Source of the DNA: Octopus sinensis
Lineage: Eukaryota
DNA: 64,000 nt
NCBI RefSeq assembly: GCF_006345805.1
Contig: NC_043012.1
Span: forward strand, 52,886,001 to 52,950,000
Direction of reading: 5' to 3'
Shown here: positions 14,590 through 25,950 of the stretch, piece by piece
Layout: each line of letters begins with the position of its first letter
How positions within the stretch are numbered: the stretch's first letter is position 1
Program-made: the position numbers and the translations under genes
Notes under the pieces: model-generated
What the model saw: only the letters and a program-made list of their open reading frames with translations
Databases searched by the model: none
Told to the model about the DNA's origin: nothing

Positions 14590-14865
14590 TCTGTTATGTC
14601 AGGGGAGAATCATTTTATTTTTGTGCCTTATAATTTAACACACTCACCGGTAAAATTTTCACTTATTTCTAATTTTTATTTTCCTAAAATTTTCGTTGCA
14701 TCTTGCAACCTTTTCAACATTTTCGATAGTCTTGAATGTGGAAAATGTTGCAAGACGCAACAAAAATTTTAGGAAAATAAAAATTAGAAATAAGTGGAAA
14801 TTTTACTGGTGAGTGTGTTATATTATAAGGCACAAACAGAACATGACTCTCCCCATACACAATAG
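14590..14865. mobile_element. Foldback/palindromic MITE
   Basis: Arms 14602-14721 and 14735-14854 are near-perfect reverse complements around a ~13-nt loop. Confidence 0.8.
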
Positions 14866-15873
14866 ATCATAATAGTAATAATAATAATAATAAAAATTCC
14901 TTTCTGTTATAGGCACAAGGCCTGAAATTTGTGGGAGGTTGGTGCTGAATGATTACACCAGCCCCAGTGCTCAACCGGTACTGACTTTATTCACCCTTGA
15001 TGGACCAAACACAAAGATGAGTTTAGTAGAATTTGAACTCAGAACATAAAGACAGATGAAAAAGCTGCTAAGCATTTTGCCCAGCATGCTAATGATTCTG
15101 CGAGCTCAACCTCTTTCATAATAACAACAACAACAAGACGATGATGATGATGATGATATACTGATGTTAGTAATAATAGTTGATGTGGAGATGTTGGTAG
15201 CAATGCTACTGCTAATGATGATAATACAGATAATGATATTATTATTATTATCATTATTATTATTGTTATTATTATTATTATTATTATCATTATTATTATA
15301 AACATTATTATTATTGATGCTGATGACGCTAACATTGGTGAGGTAATACTACTGATAATAATGATGATGATGATCATATCCACAGAGGGGAGGAGGAGGA
15401 GAAAAAGATGTTAAAGGAATTTACAGTGACACTCAGCAAAGATTAGCAGTCTAAGATCATAGATAAAGTGGGCGGAGATTGCAAGGGTAGGAGGTGGGTT
15501 TCCTTTCTCTTATAGAGATAAAATTTTGAATCAAAAATCTGTTCCTTCTACTAAAATAATTCATAAAAACGTTTATCATTTTTTCTTTTTTTTTACCTTC
15601 CAATAACTAATATCAACTATCTGTGAAACTGAAAGGAAAAGAAAAACATCACAAAAAATAAAAGTGCATAGAAGAAAAGAAAAAGAAAAAAAACCCAAAA
15701 CAAAAGAATGATAAATTAAATTTTATGAAAAAGAAAATATTTAGAAATTTTAAATATTGCTTGCAGCACGGCTAAACTAAATTTGAAGAATATATTGCAG
15801 GGAGTCAAATAATGTTTTGTGGTGTTCGTATATATTGTCTAACATATTCCTTAAACAAACAGACCATCTAAAG

Positions 15874-16076
15874 CAGGGGGTTCTCAACCAATTTTTTTTT
15901 TATCTATAGACCCCTTTAATTATTATTTTATTCTGGTGGACCTTTATAGTGTTTTAATGACTAAAAACTAGTTTTATAGATACTTCTTTAAATATTCCTA
16001 TTTTGTTTTTCACACAATAACTTATGTCGGTTGAACTACATAAAATGTTAGAGAACGAAACTGGTTGAGAACAGCT
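15874..16076. mobile_element. hAT (Charlie-like) MITE remnant
   Basis: Ends cagggggttctcaacc and ggttgagaacagct. No clear 8-bp TSD. Confidence 0.55.
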
Positions 16077-16392
16077 AAGACAAAAAAGGAAAGGAAGAGT
16101 ATCTTCTATGTAGTTGCTCATGCTGTTAAATAGCTCTCAAAACACACCCTCTTTCTTCGGAGAAGGGTGTTGTGTGCCAAGTGCTTGCTTTCTAAAATTC
16201 ACTGAAAGGAGAACAGATCTTACCATATGTTTCCTGACTTTAGAATAGGTACACATCACCTTTAGGTATCATAAGAAACAATTAAAAAAATGATTAGTGA
16301 CAAGAAAGGCATGAGGCCTTAAATACCGTGCCCAAACAAAGTGTCTAACCCATGCCAACATAGGAAAGAGGACATAAAACACTGATGAGGAA

Positions 16393-16423
<31 letters not shown>

Positions 16424-17016
16424 CGAGGATGATGATGACAATGCTGATAAATCAGAGAAATTCCAATGCCAATTACCTCAGCAGGAATTTCCATTCAGAC
16501 AAATTTATTCTAGCTGATATCCCAGCCTAAACAACTGCAAGCTAACGTCTAATCTAATGACAATTATGGAACATGTGATGGTTGCAAAAGCACAGGAGCC
16601 TGTGTTAGACTTATTAGGATAAATTTTTACCCTCACCATCATCTCTTCCCCTCCCTCTCATCTACTCATAAGCTTTTTCTGAAGAGTCCAGCATTCATTA
16701 GATCAAGAGATTTTTTTTTTATCTGAAGAAGTCTTCATAGAACTCTTCTTTAATAACTAATTTACTAATCTGATTTAGATTTTACTACTGAAATGACGGG
16801 TGTTCAACCAACTCCACCAGTATATTAGCATACATCACCCTGATTGCCACAATCAGCACCATCACAATCACAATCACAATCACCATCTGGGTGAATTCAT
16901 GAAAAACAATTCATTAACATCATTATCAAGGACCCCTTCATGGTGGTCTGGTTGGCTAAAAATAGCAGTGAAATCTCCCCAGAATGTAACCTTATCATCT
17001 CAGAAAAGTACACATT

Positions 17017-17187
17017 GGCATAGGAGCAGCTGTGTGGTAAGTAGCTTGCTTACGAACCACATAGTTCCGGGTTCAGTCTCACTGCATGGCACCTTGAGCA
17101 AGTGTCTTCTACTATAGCCTCGGGCTGACCAAAGCCTTGTGAGCAGATTTGGTAGATGGAAACTGAAAGAAGCCCATTGTATATACG

Positions 17188-17218
<31 letters not shown>

Positions 17219-17425
17219 TTCTGTGTTTGTCTCCCCAACATCGCTTGACCACCGATACTGGTGTGTTTATGTCCCCGTAACTTAGCAGTTTGGCAAAAGA
17301 GACCGATAGAATAAGTACAAAGCTTACAAAGAATATGTCCTGGGGGGTCGATTTGCTCGACTAAAGGCGGCACTCCAGCATGGCCGCAGTCAAATGACTG
17401 AAACAAGTAAAAGAATAAAAGAATA
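17017..17425 (+). mobile_element. SINE family 1, full length
   Basis: Same head, CORE-like domain, microsatellite and tail as 814-1240. Confidence 0.9.
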
Positions 17426-18086
17426 AATTAAATTGAATAACAAAGCGCTTAGCAAAAAGATAAGATGGTCGCAACCGGAATACTTTTGATCTGAAGTGTT
17501 CTATTTTGATAAGAGAGACTATGCAGTGTGATCTGAGGGAGGCTTTAGAATGCTATTTAGCAAGACAAACAACTGTAAAGAAGATAACCTCCAACTCCTC
17601 TCAATTTGAGATGTGGTTATAAAGATTTGTCTCAAGTATGTTTTCAGATTATCTATTTAAGTTTCATTTCTGAGTCTCTATAGAGTGTCTAGGAAGATGT
17701 TAGTGAACGAAAATGAAAAGGGGACATTATTTAATTCTTTGCAGTACATTCAACAATATCACCGTTACATATTGGATCAGAACCAATACTCTTTTCTACT
17801 ACATGCAAATAATAGAAAAGACTATTTTGTTAAGAGATTTTGCATTTGCAGTGTGATCTGAGGGAGATCTTGGGGAGTGGGGCAAGTCAATTATATCAAC
17901 TCCAGCGCTCAGCTTGTATTTATATCATCAACACCAAAAGAGATAGAAAGCAAAGTCAATCTCAGTGGCATTTGAACTCAGAATGTAACAATGGATGACA
18001 TGCTGCTAAGCGTTTTGTCAAATGCTCTAATGATTCTGCCAGCTTACTGCCTTAGTATGGTCTGTGCCTCTATATGGTAGCCAAGG

Positions 18087-18319
18087 AAGGCGGCAAGCTG
18101 GCAGAAACATTAGCACGCTGGGCGAAATGCGTTACTGTATTTCGTCTGCTGCTACATTCTGAGTTCAAATTCCGCCAAGGTCGACTTTGCCTTTCATCCA
18201 TTCGGGGTCGATAAATTAAGAACCAGTTACGCACTAGGGTCGATGTACTCAACTTAATCTGTTTGTCTGTCCTTGTTTGTCCCTTCTGTGTTTAGCCACT
18301 TGTGGGTAGTAGAGAAATA
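18087..18319 (+). mobile_element. SINE family 2 (tRNA-like head, Meta/Sauria-like central domain), full length with 16-bp TSD
   Basis: Head aaggcggcaagctggcagaa, B-box gagttcaaattcc, central ctttcatccattcggggtcgataaattaag. Direct repeat tatatggtagccaagg at 18071-18086 and 18320-18335. Confidence 0.92.
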
Positions 18320-19671
18320 TATATGGTAGCCAAGGGAGTTATGAACAGCAGTCAAATCTCCTTCTAAATACAAACCCACTGTCATAAAAATGGGACGGCA
18401 CCACTGTAAATGGAGTCGAAGATGTTCAGACATACAGTCACAAAAAAAAAAAAAGGCAAATAGAGATTGTCATGGTGATCAAAACACCTTTGATCAAAGT
18501 TCTGTTTAGCCAAGAGTGATTCAAAGCGAAACATCAATAATGACGTCATTAAGGACCCCCTTGTGGTTGTCCGACTGGCTAAAAATAACAGCAAAATTCC
18601 TCCCAAAATCTAACCCTATCTTTTATGATAAGGAAACACTGCATACCATGATTCTCATTTCTCTGCTTAACAAAAACGTGTGATGGTTATTACTTCTGGA
18701 ATGCATTTGATGACTGGTTTGCTCAGTTAGGGTTCACTTAGAGCCAACCGACAACTACAGGCCACATCGGCACGCACCCAAAGCCACAGACAATTCTTCC
18801 TTCTATTTATCCAATCAGAGACAGAAAAATAGGCAACAGAAAATATTTTTATCTTTTCAATATTTAAGAAGACATTGAAGAATTCCTTTGTATAAGATGG
18901 ATTTACATTTTCTTTCTACTTTTGGTAAACATTTCTCTCTGCATATTATACACGTAGATGTATTGATAAAACATACACACACATTCATGAACACACACAC
19001 ACATTTATTTCAGCCGATTGTGTGTGTATGTGTGTGTGTGTGTGCATGTATGTGTTTGTCCTTCATCACTGCTTGACAAACAGTGTTGGTATGTTTACAT
19101 CCCTGAAACTTAACAGTTTGGCAAACATGATTGATAGGCATTAACAAAAAAAAAAGAAGAATACTGGGGTTCATTCACTTGACTAAAATTTGTCAAAGTA
19201 GTACCCCAGCATGGCCACAGTCTAATGACTGAAACACGGAAAAAACAAAAGATATTCTTCTTAACATATGGAGTTCTCTTCTCATTTGTAAAATCAAATG
19301 TAATTACACACACATCTAAATATCTATAGCCACACAAGGATGCATCATGTAATATACATAAAAATGAATAAACACACACTTGCATACATATATAGACACA
19401 CACACACATATATATATATACATACATATATATAGGTGTGTTTGTGTATATATATATATATATATATATGTATATAACATATAGAGACACACACACATAT
19501 ATATACATACATTATATATATATGTGTGTGTGTGTATATATATATATATGTATATACAGTTTGTATAGAAGATATCTATTGATCTTTTTATTGAGAAAAA
19601 CCTATAATTTCTTTATGCATGTGTGAGTAGATGTGTATGTAAATGCCTATGTGTTTGCATATGTGTGAATG

Positions 19672-19710
<39 letters not shown>

Positions 19711-20573
19711 TAAATAAAATACGAAGACATTTTCAATGGATATTTTTTTTTCTTTTTACAGTTTTGTTCGATCTCAGTTTGATTTTTCTGTTTTTTTAGA
19801 ACACTTTTTTTTTGTGGATGATGTTTCATTTCATCAGTGTTGTTGTTGTTGTTGCTATTGTTGATGTCCTTCTTTTTTTTAATTTTAAATCTCAAGATAT
19901 ACATTTTTTTGTTTGTTCTTTCTTTTACAAGTTTCTTTAATTTACTACTTACTGCAGGATTTATTTATTTTTCTCCAATTAGTCTTACAAAAATGATTTA
20001 TTATTAATGACAAATGCTGCATACAAAAATAACAATATTTCATCCAAACAGCAACTGCAGCAACAACAACAACACCCAACAACAACAACAACAACAAAAA
20101 CAGCAGCAGCAGCCAGAACAACAGCAACTGCTTCAAAAACAACACAAAACACATGAAAAAATAATCAAAAACTGAACAGGAAGGGGGGGAAAATGAACAA
20201 ATTTATAAAAAAAAGTAATCATTTTTCTTGTTTTCTATGCATTATGTTATATGAAAAGAGGTGATAATTGAAAAAGTTCAAATCAATAGAGTGCTGTGAA
20301 TTGAACCAGAGTTCATCAGCATGGCAGCTTACCAATAACTTTATAAATGAACGGCTTAAGTGAACGTTACTTTAAACAACCATAATAGTTTTCGACAAAT
20401 ATTGAACGAGATATCTGAAAATCCCAATGAAGCCAACGAGTAGAGTGACCAGTGCAATTTAGAGTATATTTAGAAAACTCGTACCAGCCCTTCAAGCCAT
20501 CTAGCGTCTCATCAAATAGCATCCGAAATTCCTTAGCTAATCAAGTCACAGCATAGACTGAAACGAAACTCAC

Positions 20574-20719
20574 CAAGAAAATACAGCCAGCAGCCATATT
20601 GGCCAGCAGAATCATCCCGATGGTGTAAAATTGGAAAGAACAATTGCCAATCAATGAGATAAAATGAAAAGTGATGGAACTAGCAGTTGAGAAACCGAAG
20701 TCTAACGGAAGCAGTCTAG
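20574..20719 (-). CDS. Candidate exon ending ...MILLANMAAGCIFL (internal exon or alternative first exon)
   Basis: Strong donor TTG|gtgagt at 20573. Tandem acceptors AAG (exon to 20719) and TAG (to 20715) after a T-rich tract. Open frame, ATG at 20615, unique CpG-retaining sequence. Confidence 0.4.
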
Positions 20720-21822
20720 CTTGCCAGTAATACAAAAAGCCAAAAAAAAAAAAATAAATAAAATAAAATAAAAGGAGAAAATAGAAAAGGAAAGAGAAAG
20801 AAAAATCTGAATGGTTAATGTGAGAATAGAATTTCAGTTTGGCTTCAATAATCATCTTAATTTGAAAACATAAAATAAAATAGTAAAAAAAAAAAAATAT
20901 ATATATATACACAAACAAAATACAACAAAACTGTACCATTTTACTTGACTTGTGGTAAATAGTATTTTATTCTATTAGTTATAGTATCCACATTATTGGG
21001 AATTAGATGTAGTTATAGGGTGTGTATGTATGTGTGCTTCTCTGTGTGCATATGTGTGTATGTGCATACATCATCACCCATTGTCTTAACGTCCACTTTT
21101 TCATGTTTGCATGGATCAGACAGAGTTCATTGAGGCAGATTATCTACATCTGGAGGCCCTTCCTGTTGCCAATCCTCACCCAAATAAGGTTACTATTTGT
21201 CCACAGCCAGACATGTCTTCACAAAATAATGGGAATGAATGACACAGCTTATCTGATGGTGGACCTTATCTACAAGTAAAGCATGATACCACAAAGAACC
21301 ACATAACAGTGTGGTAAAAAGCTTACTTCCCAACTGTATGGTTCTGGGTTCAGTCCCACTGCATGGCACCTAGGGCAAGTGTCTTCTACTATAGCCCTAG
21401 GCTAACCAAAGGCTTATTGAGTGAATTTGGTAGACAGAAACTGAAAGCCTGTCATATACATATTATCATCATCATCATCATCATTTAGCATCCATTTTTC
21501 CATGTTGGCATGGTTTAGATGGTTTGACTGGGATTGGTAAGCCAAAGGGCACTACCAGGCTCCAGTCTGAATTGATTTGCTCTCTACGGCTGGGTGTCCT
21601 TCCTAACAAGAGTGTAGAGGGTGCTGTTTATGTGTTAACGGCACAGGTGCCTTTTATGTACACTGGCATGGGTGCCGTTTACAGGTCATCAGCATGTGTA
21701 TCTTTGTGTCCGTGTTTGTCCCCCTGCCACCACTTGACCACCAGTGTGGTGTGTTTATGTCCCCTTAACTTAGCAGTTCAGCAAAAATGACCGATAGAGT
21801 AAGTACCAGGCTTAAGAAAATA

Positions 21823-22099
21823 GCATTATTTACATTATTTACATTTGACAAATATTTGTCGTCATCTTGTTTGTTGTTAACAAAACATTTCGGCTGAAAT
21901 ACCCTCCAGCCTTCATCAGGTGTCTTGGGGGAAATTTCAAACTTGGGTTCTCATTCCTCAGGTATTTTTCGATGTTATTCTTCTTCTTCTTCTTCTTCTT
22001 ATTATTATTATTATTATTCAGGTCACTGCTTGGATTCGAACTCGGAATCTTGGGGTAAGTAATGTACATAATTCCTCATCTCTTAAATACAGAACGGTA
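21823..22099 (-). mobile_element. tRNA-headed short retroelement with a Penelope-like hammerhead motif, inserted in a family 1 SINE
   Basis: 11-bp direct repeat ttaagaaaata at 21812-21822 and 22100-22110. Minus-strand B box GAGTTCGAATCC, CTGATGA-A-GGCTG..CAGCC-GAAA core, and tgtaaataa tail repeats. Confidence 0.75.
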
Positions 22100-22382
22100 T
22101 TAAGAAAATAAGCCCTGGTTTCTGTGACTAAAAACCCTTAAAGCTAGTGCCCCAGTATGGCCACAGTCAAATGATGAGACAAATAAAAGAAAAAAATAAA
22201 AGAATATTCAAAGCTGCTCATCTACATGTAGCACATGATACCAAGTCAATATGACACGAACACACACTCATGCACACACCCACTTATACATACATCATAC
22301 AAACTCACATGCATGCGCATACACTACACAATATTCTAAAATTCGTAAAATTATACAACTCTTTTTTATAAAATTGAGCCAC

Positions 22383-22795
22383 AGCGTAGGAGTGGCTGTG
22401 TGGTAGGTAACTTGCTTATGAACCACATGGCTCCGGGGTCAGTCGCACTGCGTGGCACCTTGGGCAAGTGTCTTCTACTATAGCCTCGAGCCGACTGAAG
22501 CCTTGTGAGTGTATTTGGTAGATGGAAACTAGAAGAAGCCCGTAGTATATATATGTATATATATATATGTGTGTGTATATGTTTGTGTGTCTGTGTTTGT
22601 TCCCCACCCCCCCAACATCACTTGATAACTGATGCTGGTGTGCTTACGTCCCCGTAACTTAGCGGTTTGGCAAAAGAGTCCGATTGAATAAGTACTAGGC
22701 TTACAAAGAATAAGTCCTGGGGTCGATTTGCTCGACTAAAGGTGGTGCTCCAGCATGGCCACAGTAAAATGACTGAAACAAGTAACAGAGAATAA
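22383..22795 (+). mobile_element. SINE family 1, full length
   Basis: Same architecture as 814-1240. A more degenerate copy follows at about 22990-23500. Confidence 0.9.
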
Positions 22796-24345
22796 ATGAG
22801 TAGTTGTAGGTTATTTGACAGTATCATGCATAACTTTATATTTTTACAATAGGGCACTTCATAACTCTCCATGTTTTAAGAGGTGATTTTAAGGAGTTAT
22901 CATGAGGAAGAGCATTTGGTCATAAAATATTAGTTCAAAAAGTTTTGTCCGATCCCTGCAACCTTGGAAAAACAGGTGTAAAGATGATGATGAACAGGCA
23001 TGGGAATGTAGTTAAGAAGCTCACTTCGCAACCACCTGGTTTCAGGTTCAATCCCACTGCATGACACCTTGGAGAAGTGTCTTCTAATACAGCCCCAGTC
23101 CGACCAATGCCATATGAGTAAATTTGGTAGATAGAAACTGTGTGGAAACCTGTTGTACACACACACACACACACATACATATATATAGAGAGAGACATAC
23201 ACACACACATATATCAGCATGGAAAATGGATGTATGATAATGACAATGATGATGATATACAAATATGTGTGTGTGTGGGGGGGGGTTCTTTGTGTCAACC
23301 ACCACTTGACAACTGGTGTTGGTTTGTTAACATCCCTACAACTGATAAATTCAGTAAAAGACTCCAACAGAATAAGTACCTGACGTTAAAAAAAATAGGT
23401 ACCAGTGTCAGTTTCTTTGATGGAAACCTTTCAAAGCAGTTCTCTAGCATGGCCACAGTCTAATGACAGAAACAAGTAAAACAAAAAAACCAAAGATAAA
23501 AGATAATGGCATGATTTGAAATGGAGATTTGGCTGTCATTTCTAGTTGTTTGACCAACAATATAGGTGTCTTTTCGTTGTTGTCGGTGCTACATATAACC
23601 ATAATGTAACGAGTCCAGAGATTCTGTCAGCACCATAGCAGCTGGACTATCATTATTCATTAGTGAATATACACATAGGTTGTCAGGAAGGAGTTAGAAG
23701 TTAGGAGTTTATTTGTAGGCTGGGGAACGTTGCTGTCATTGGCTAAAATTACTACAGCAATTTTCTTTATTCCTACTTATTATCAAGAGACTTAATCAAT
23801 TAATCTTGACTATTTACTCTTGACTTTGATGTTAAAAGACCAATTTTTTTCTTATCCAAAAGAGACTTATCTTTCAACAAAGCCAGAGCTGACTACTTGG
23901 TCCTAGGAGAGACCTTGTTTTTGGACAGTTTAGTATAAAATATAAAGTGACAAATTTGCAATTCTGAATTCTAATATATCCTCGAAGGAAGGGGAGATTA
24001 TATCAGTCTGACGAAGTGCACCGAAGTTGAATATTTCAATTGATATGAGCCACTGAAGAATCCTCTATATGACTCATCACACTGCTAGAAATACCAGCCA
24101 AATTCCATTCAAATCATACTGTACCACCTTCAAATAAAAAAAGGGAGCACATTTAATAATGCAGTCCTACATATTTTCATAAACACAAACCCAAGATGAG
24201 AAAATAAATGTTAAAAATCACTCAGGTATTTTCCTATATCAGTTTCATACTTGTACACTGTCTAATTTAGTTTAATGTTTATAATAAAACAAATCTTAAC
24301 CATTTTACTTTGTCATGTGCTACTAATATTAGCATACTTACTTCT

Positions 24346-24578
24346 TACTTCTTTATTGCCCACAAGAGGCTAAACACAGACGGAACAAAGAAGGACAGAC
24401 AAAGAGATTAAGTCAATTACATCGACCCCAGTGCATAACTGGTACTTAATTTATCAACCTCGAAAGGATGAAAGGCAAAGTCGACCTCAGTGGAATTTGA
24501 ACTCAGAACGTAACAGCAGATGAAATACCACTAAGCACTTCACCCGGCATGCTAACATTTCTGCCAGCTCGCCGCCTT
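24346..24578 (-). mobile_element. SINE family 2, full length
   Basis: Reverse complement of the 38454-38686 sequence. Confidence 0.9.
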
Positions 24579-25699
24579 AATATTAGTATACTATAATATT
24601 AGTATACTAATATTATAGTATTAATATTAGTATACTAATATTAATACTTAATATTAATATACTATTAATATACTATATTAATATACCTTAATATTAGTAT
24701 ACTATAGGCTTTTTCAAATCATAACATTCCGAATTTTAAGTGTGAAAATTTTGTTGAATGAGGAATAAAAAGCATGACATGAAATAGTCATAGCTTAGGA
24801 TTAAGTGTCACAAGGTATTGGAGGCCTTGTGTTTCTGCTGAGATAGATATAATGTAGCTGGCATGCTAATATTTTATGAGCCTTAACTTGAGTGGAAATA
24901 CTACGTGCCTGGTTGCTTTGGTGCAAGTAATAGATGTACTGAGATGGGGAAAAAGCAAAATAATTGGATGACATTGGATAATGTAATTCTAGATATATTG
25001 ACTAGAAAAAACAGATGGGATGGTCAAAAAAGATGAGCTGAAACAACTTTGATCATAGTTCTGCCAGGTCATGATTACCTGGGGTTCAACAACAACTACA
25101 CCAACATGTATGGATATTTTTTTCAATGTCCCTTCCCTGGCAAAAATACTAGTTGCTGTTCCTTCATCATATCTTAACCACTCAAGACCCAAAATAATGC
25201 TGCCTCCCTCCCTGAGGTGGCTTTTTCAGACTCACAAATTACGTAGTGATCGCACTAGTGCTGACGCCATGAAAAAGGCACAGTGTACACTCTGTAAAGG
25301 ATCTAGCTGCAGAAATAATGCCAGGATAGATATTGGAGCTCAAGGCAATCCTCTGACTTGTTGGATCCTGTCAACCCAGCCAACTCATGCCAGCATGGAA
25401 GACAAGCATTAAGTGATGGTGTTGATGATTTAATGAAAACACAAATATGAAGATGCGTGTCTTCTCTCCGAGACATTAATAGAATATTTAAATTAGATAA
25501 ACAAATCAGTTTTAATTTTCCCAAGTTTCATACAGTTGATGCTCATCTTGCAAATTAACTGTATCAAACTTATTTTCTTGGTCTAACCTACAACAAACAT
25601 TCATAAAATACCTGAAATGTGAACAAATTCATCATCATCATCACCACCACCACCAACAACAACAACAGCAGCAGCAGCAGCAACAACAACATTTACCAT

Positions 25700-25950
25700 C
25701 CACGTAAAATACACCAATCCGACCATGGCCGTTGCCAGCCTCGCCTGGCACCTGTGCAGGTGGCACGTAAAAAGCACCCACTACACTCACGGAGTGGTTG
25801 GCATTAGGAAGGGCATCCAGCTGTAGAAACATTGCCAGATAAGACTGGAGCCTGGTGCAGCCTTCTGGCTTCCCAGATCCCCGGTCGAACCATCCAACCC
25901 ATGCTAGCATGGAGAACGGACGTTAAACGTTGATGATGATGATGATGATG
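25700..25950 (+). mobile_element. SINE family 3, 3' part with (GAT)n tail
   Basis: ggcattaggaagggcatccagctgtagaaac...ccatgctagcatggagaacggacgttaaac followed by (gat)n. Near-identical to 34320-34560. Confidence 0.85.

Noticed and set aside
15780-15849. NMLDNIYEHHKTL segment resembling a GAF helix
   Set aside because: No GT donor before the in-frame stop.
16222-16258. 36-nt exon-like VMCTYSKVRKHM with good splice sites
   Set aside because: It is embedded between, and apparently part of, interspersed repeat sequence.
16477-16526. Candidate exon AGISARINLSEWKFLL
   Set aside because: Weak pyrimidine tract, phase incompatible with the 14430 exon, and no recognisable homology.
25235-25290. Minus-strand segment with a gtgagt donor and a tttacag acceptor
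   Set aside because: The sequence is the tttacagagtgtac.. tail of SINE family 3.
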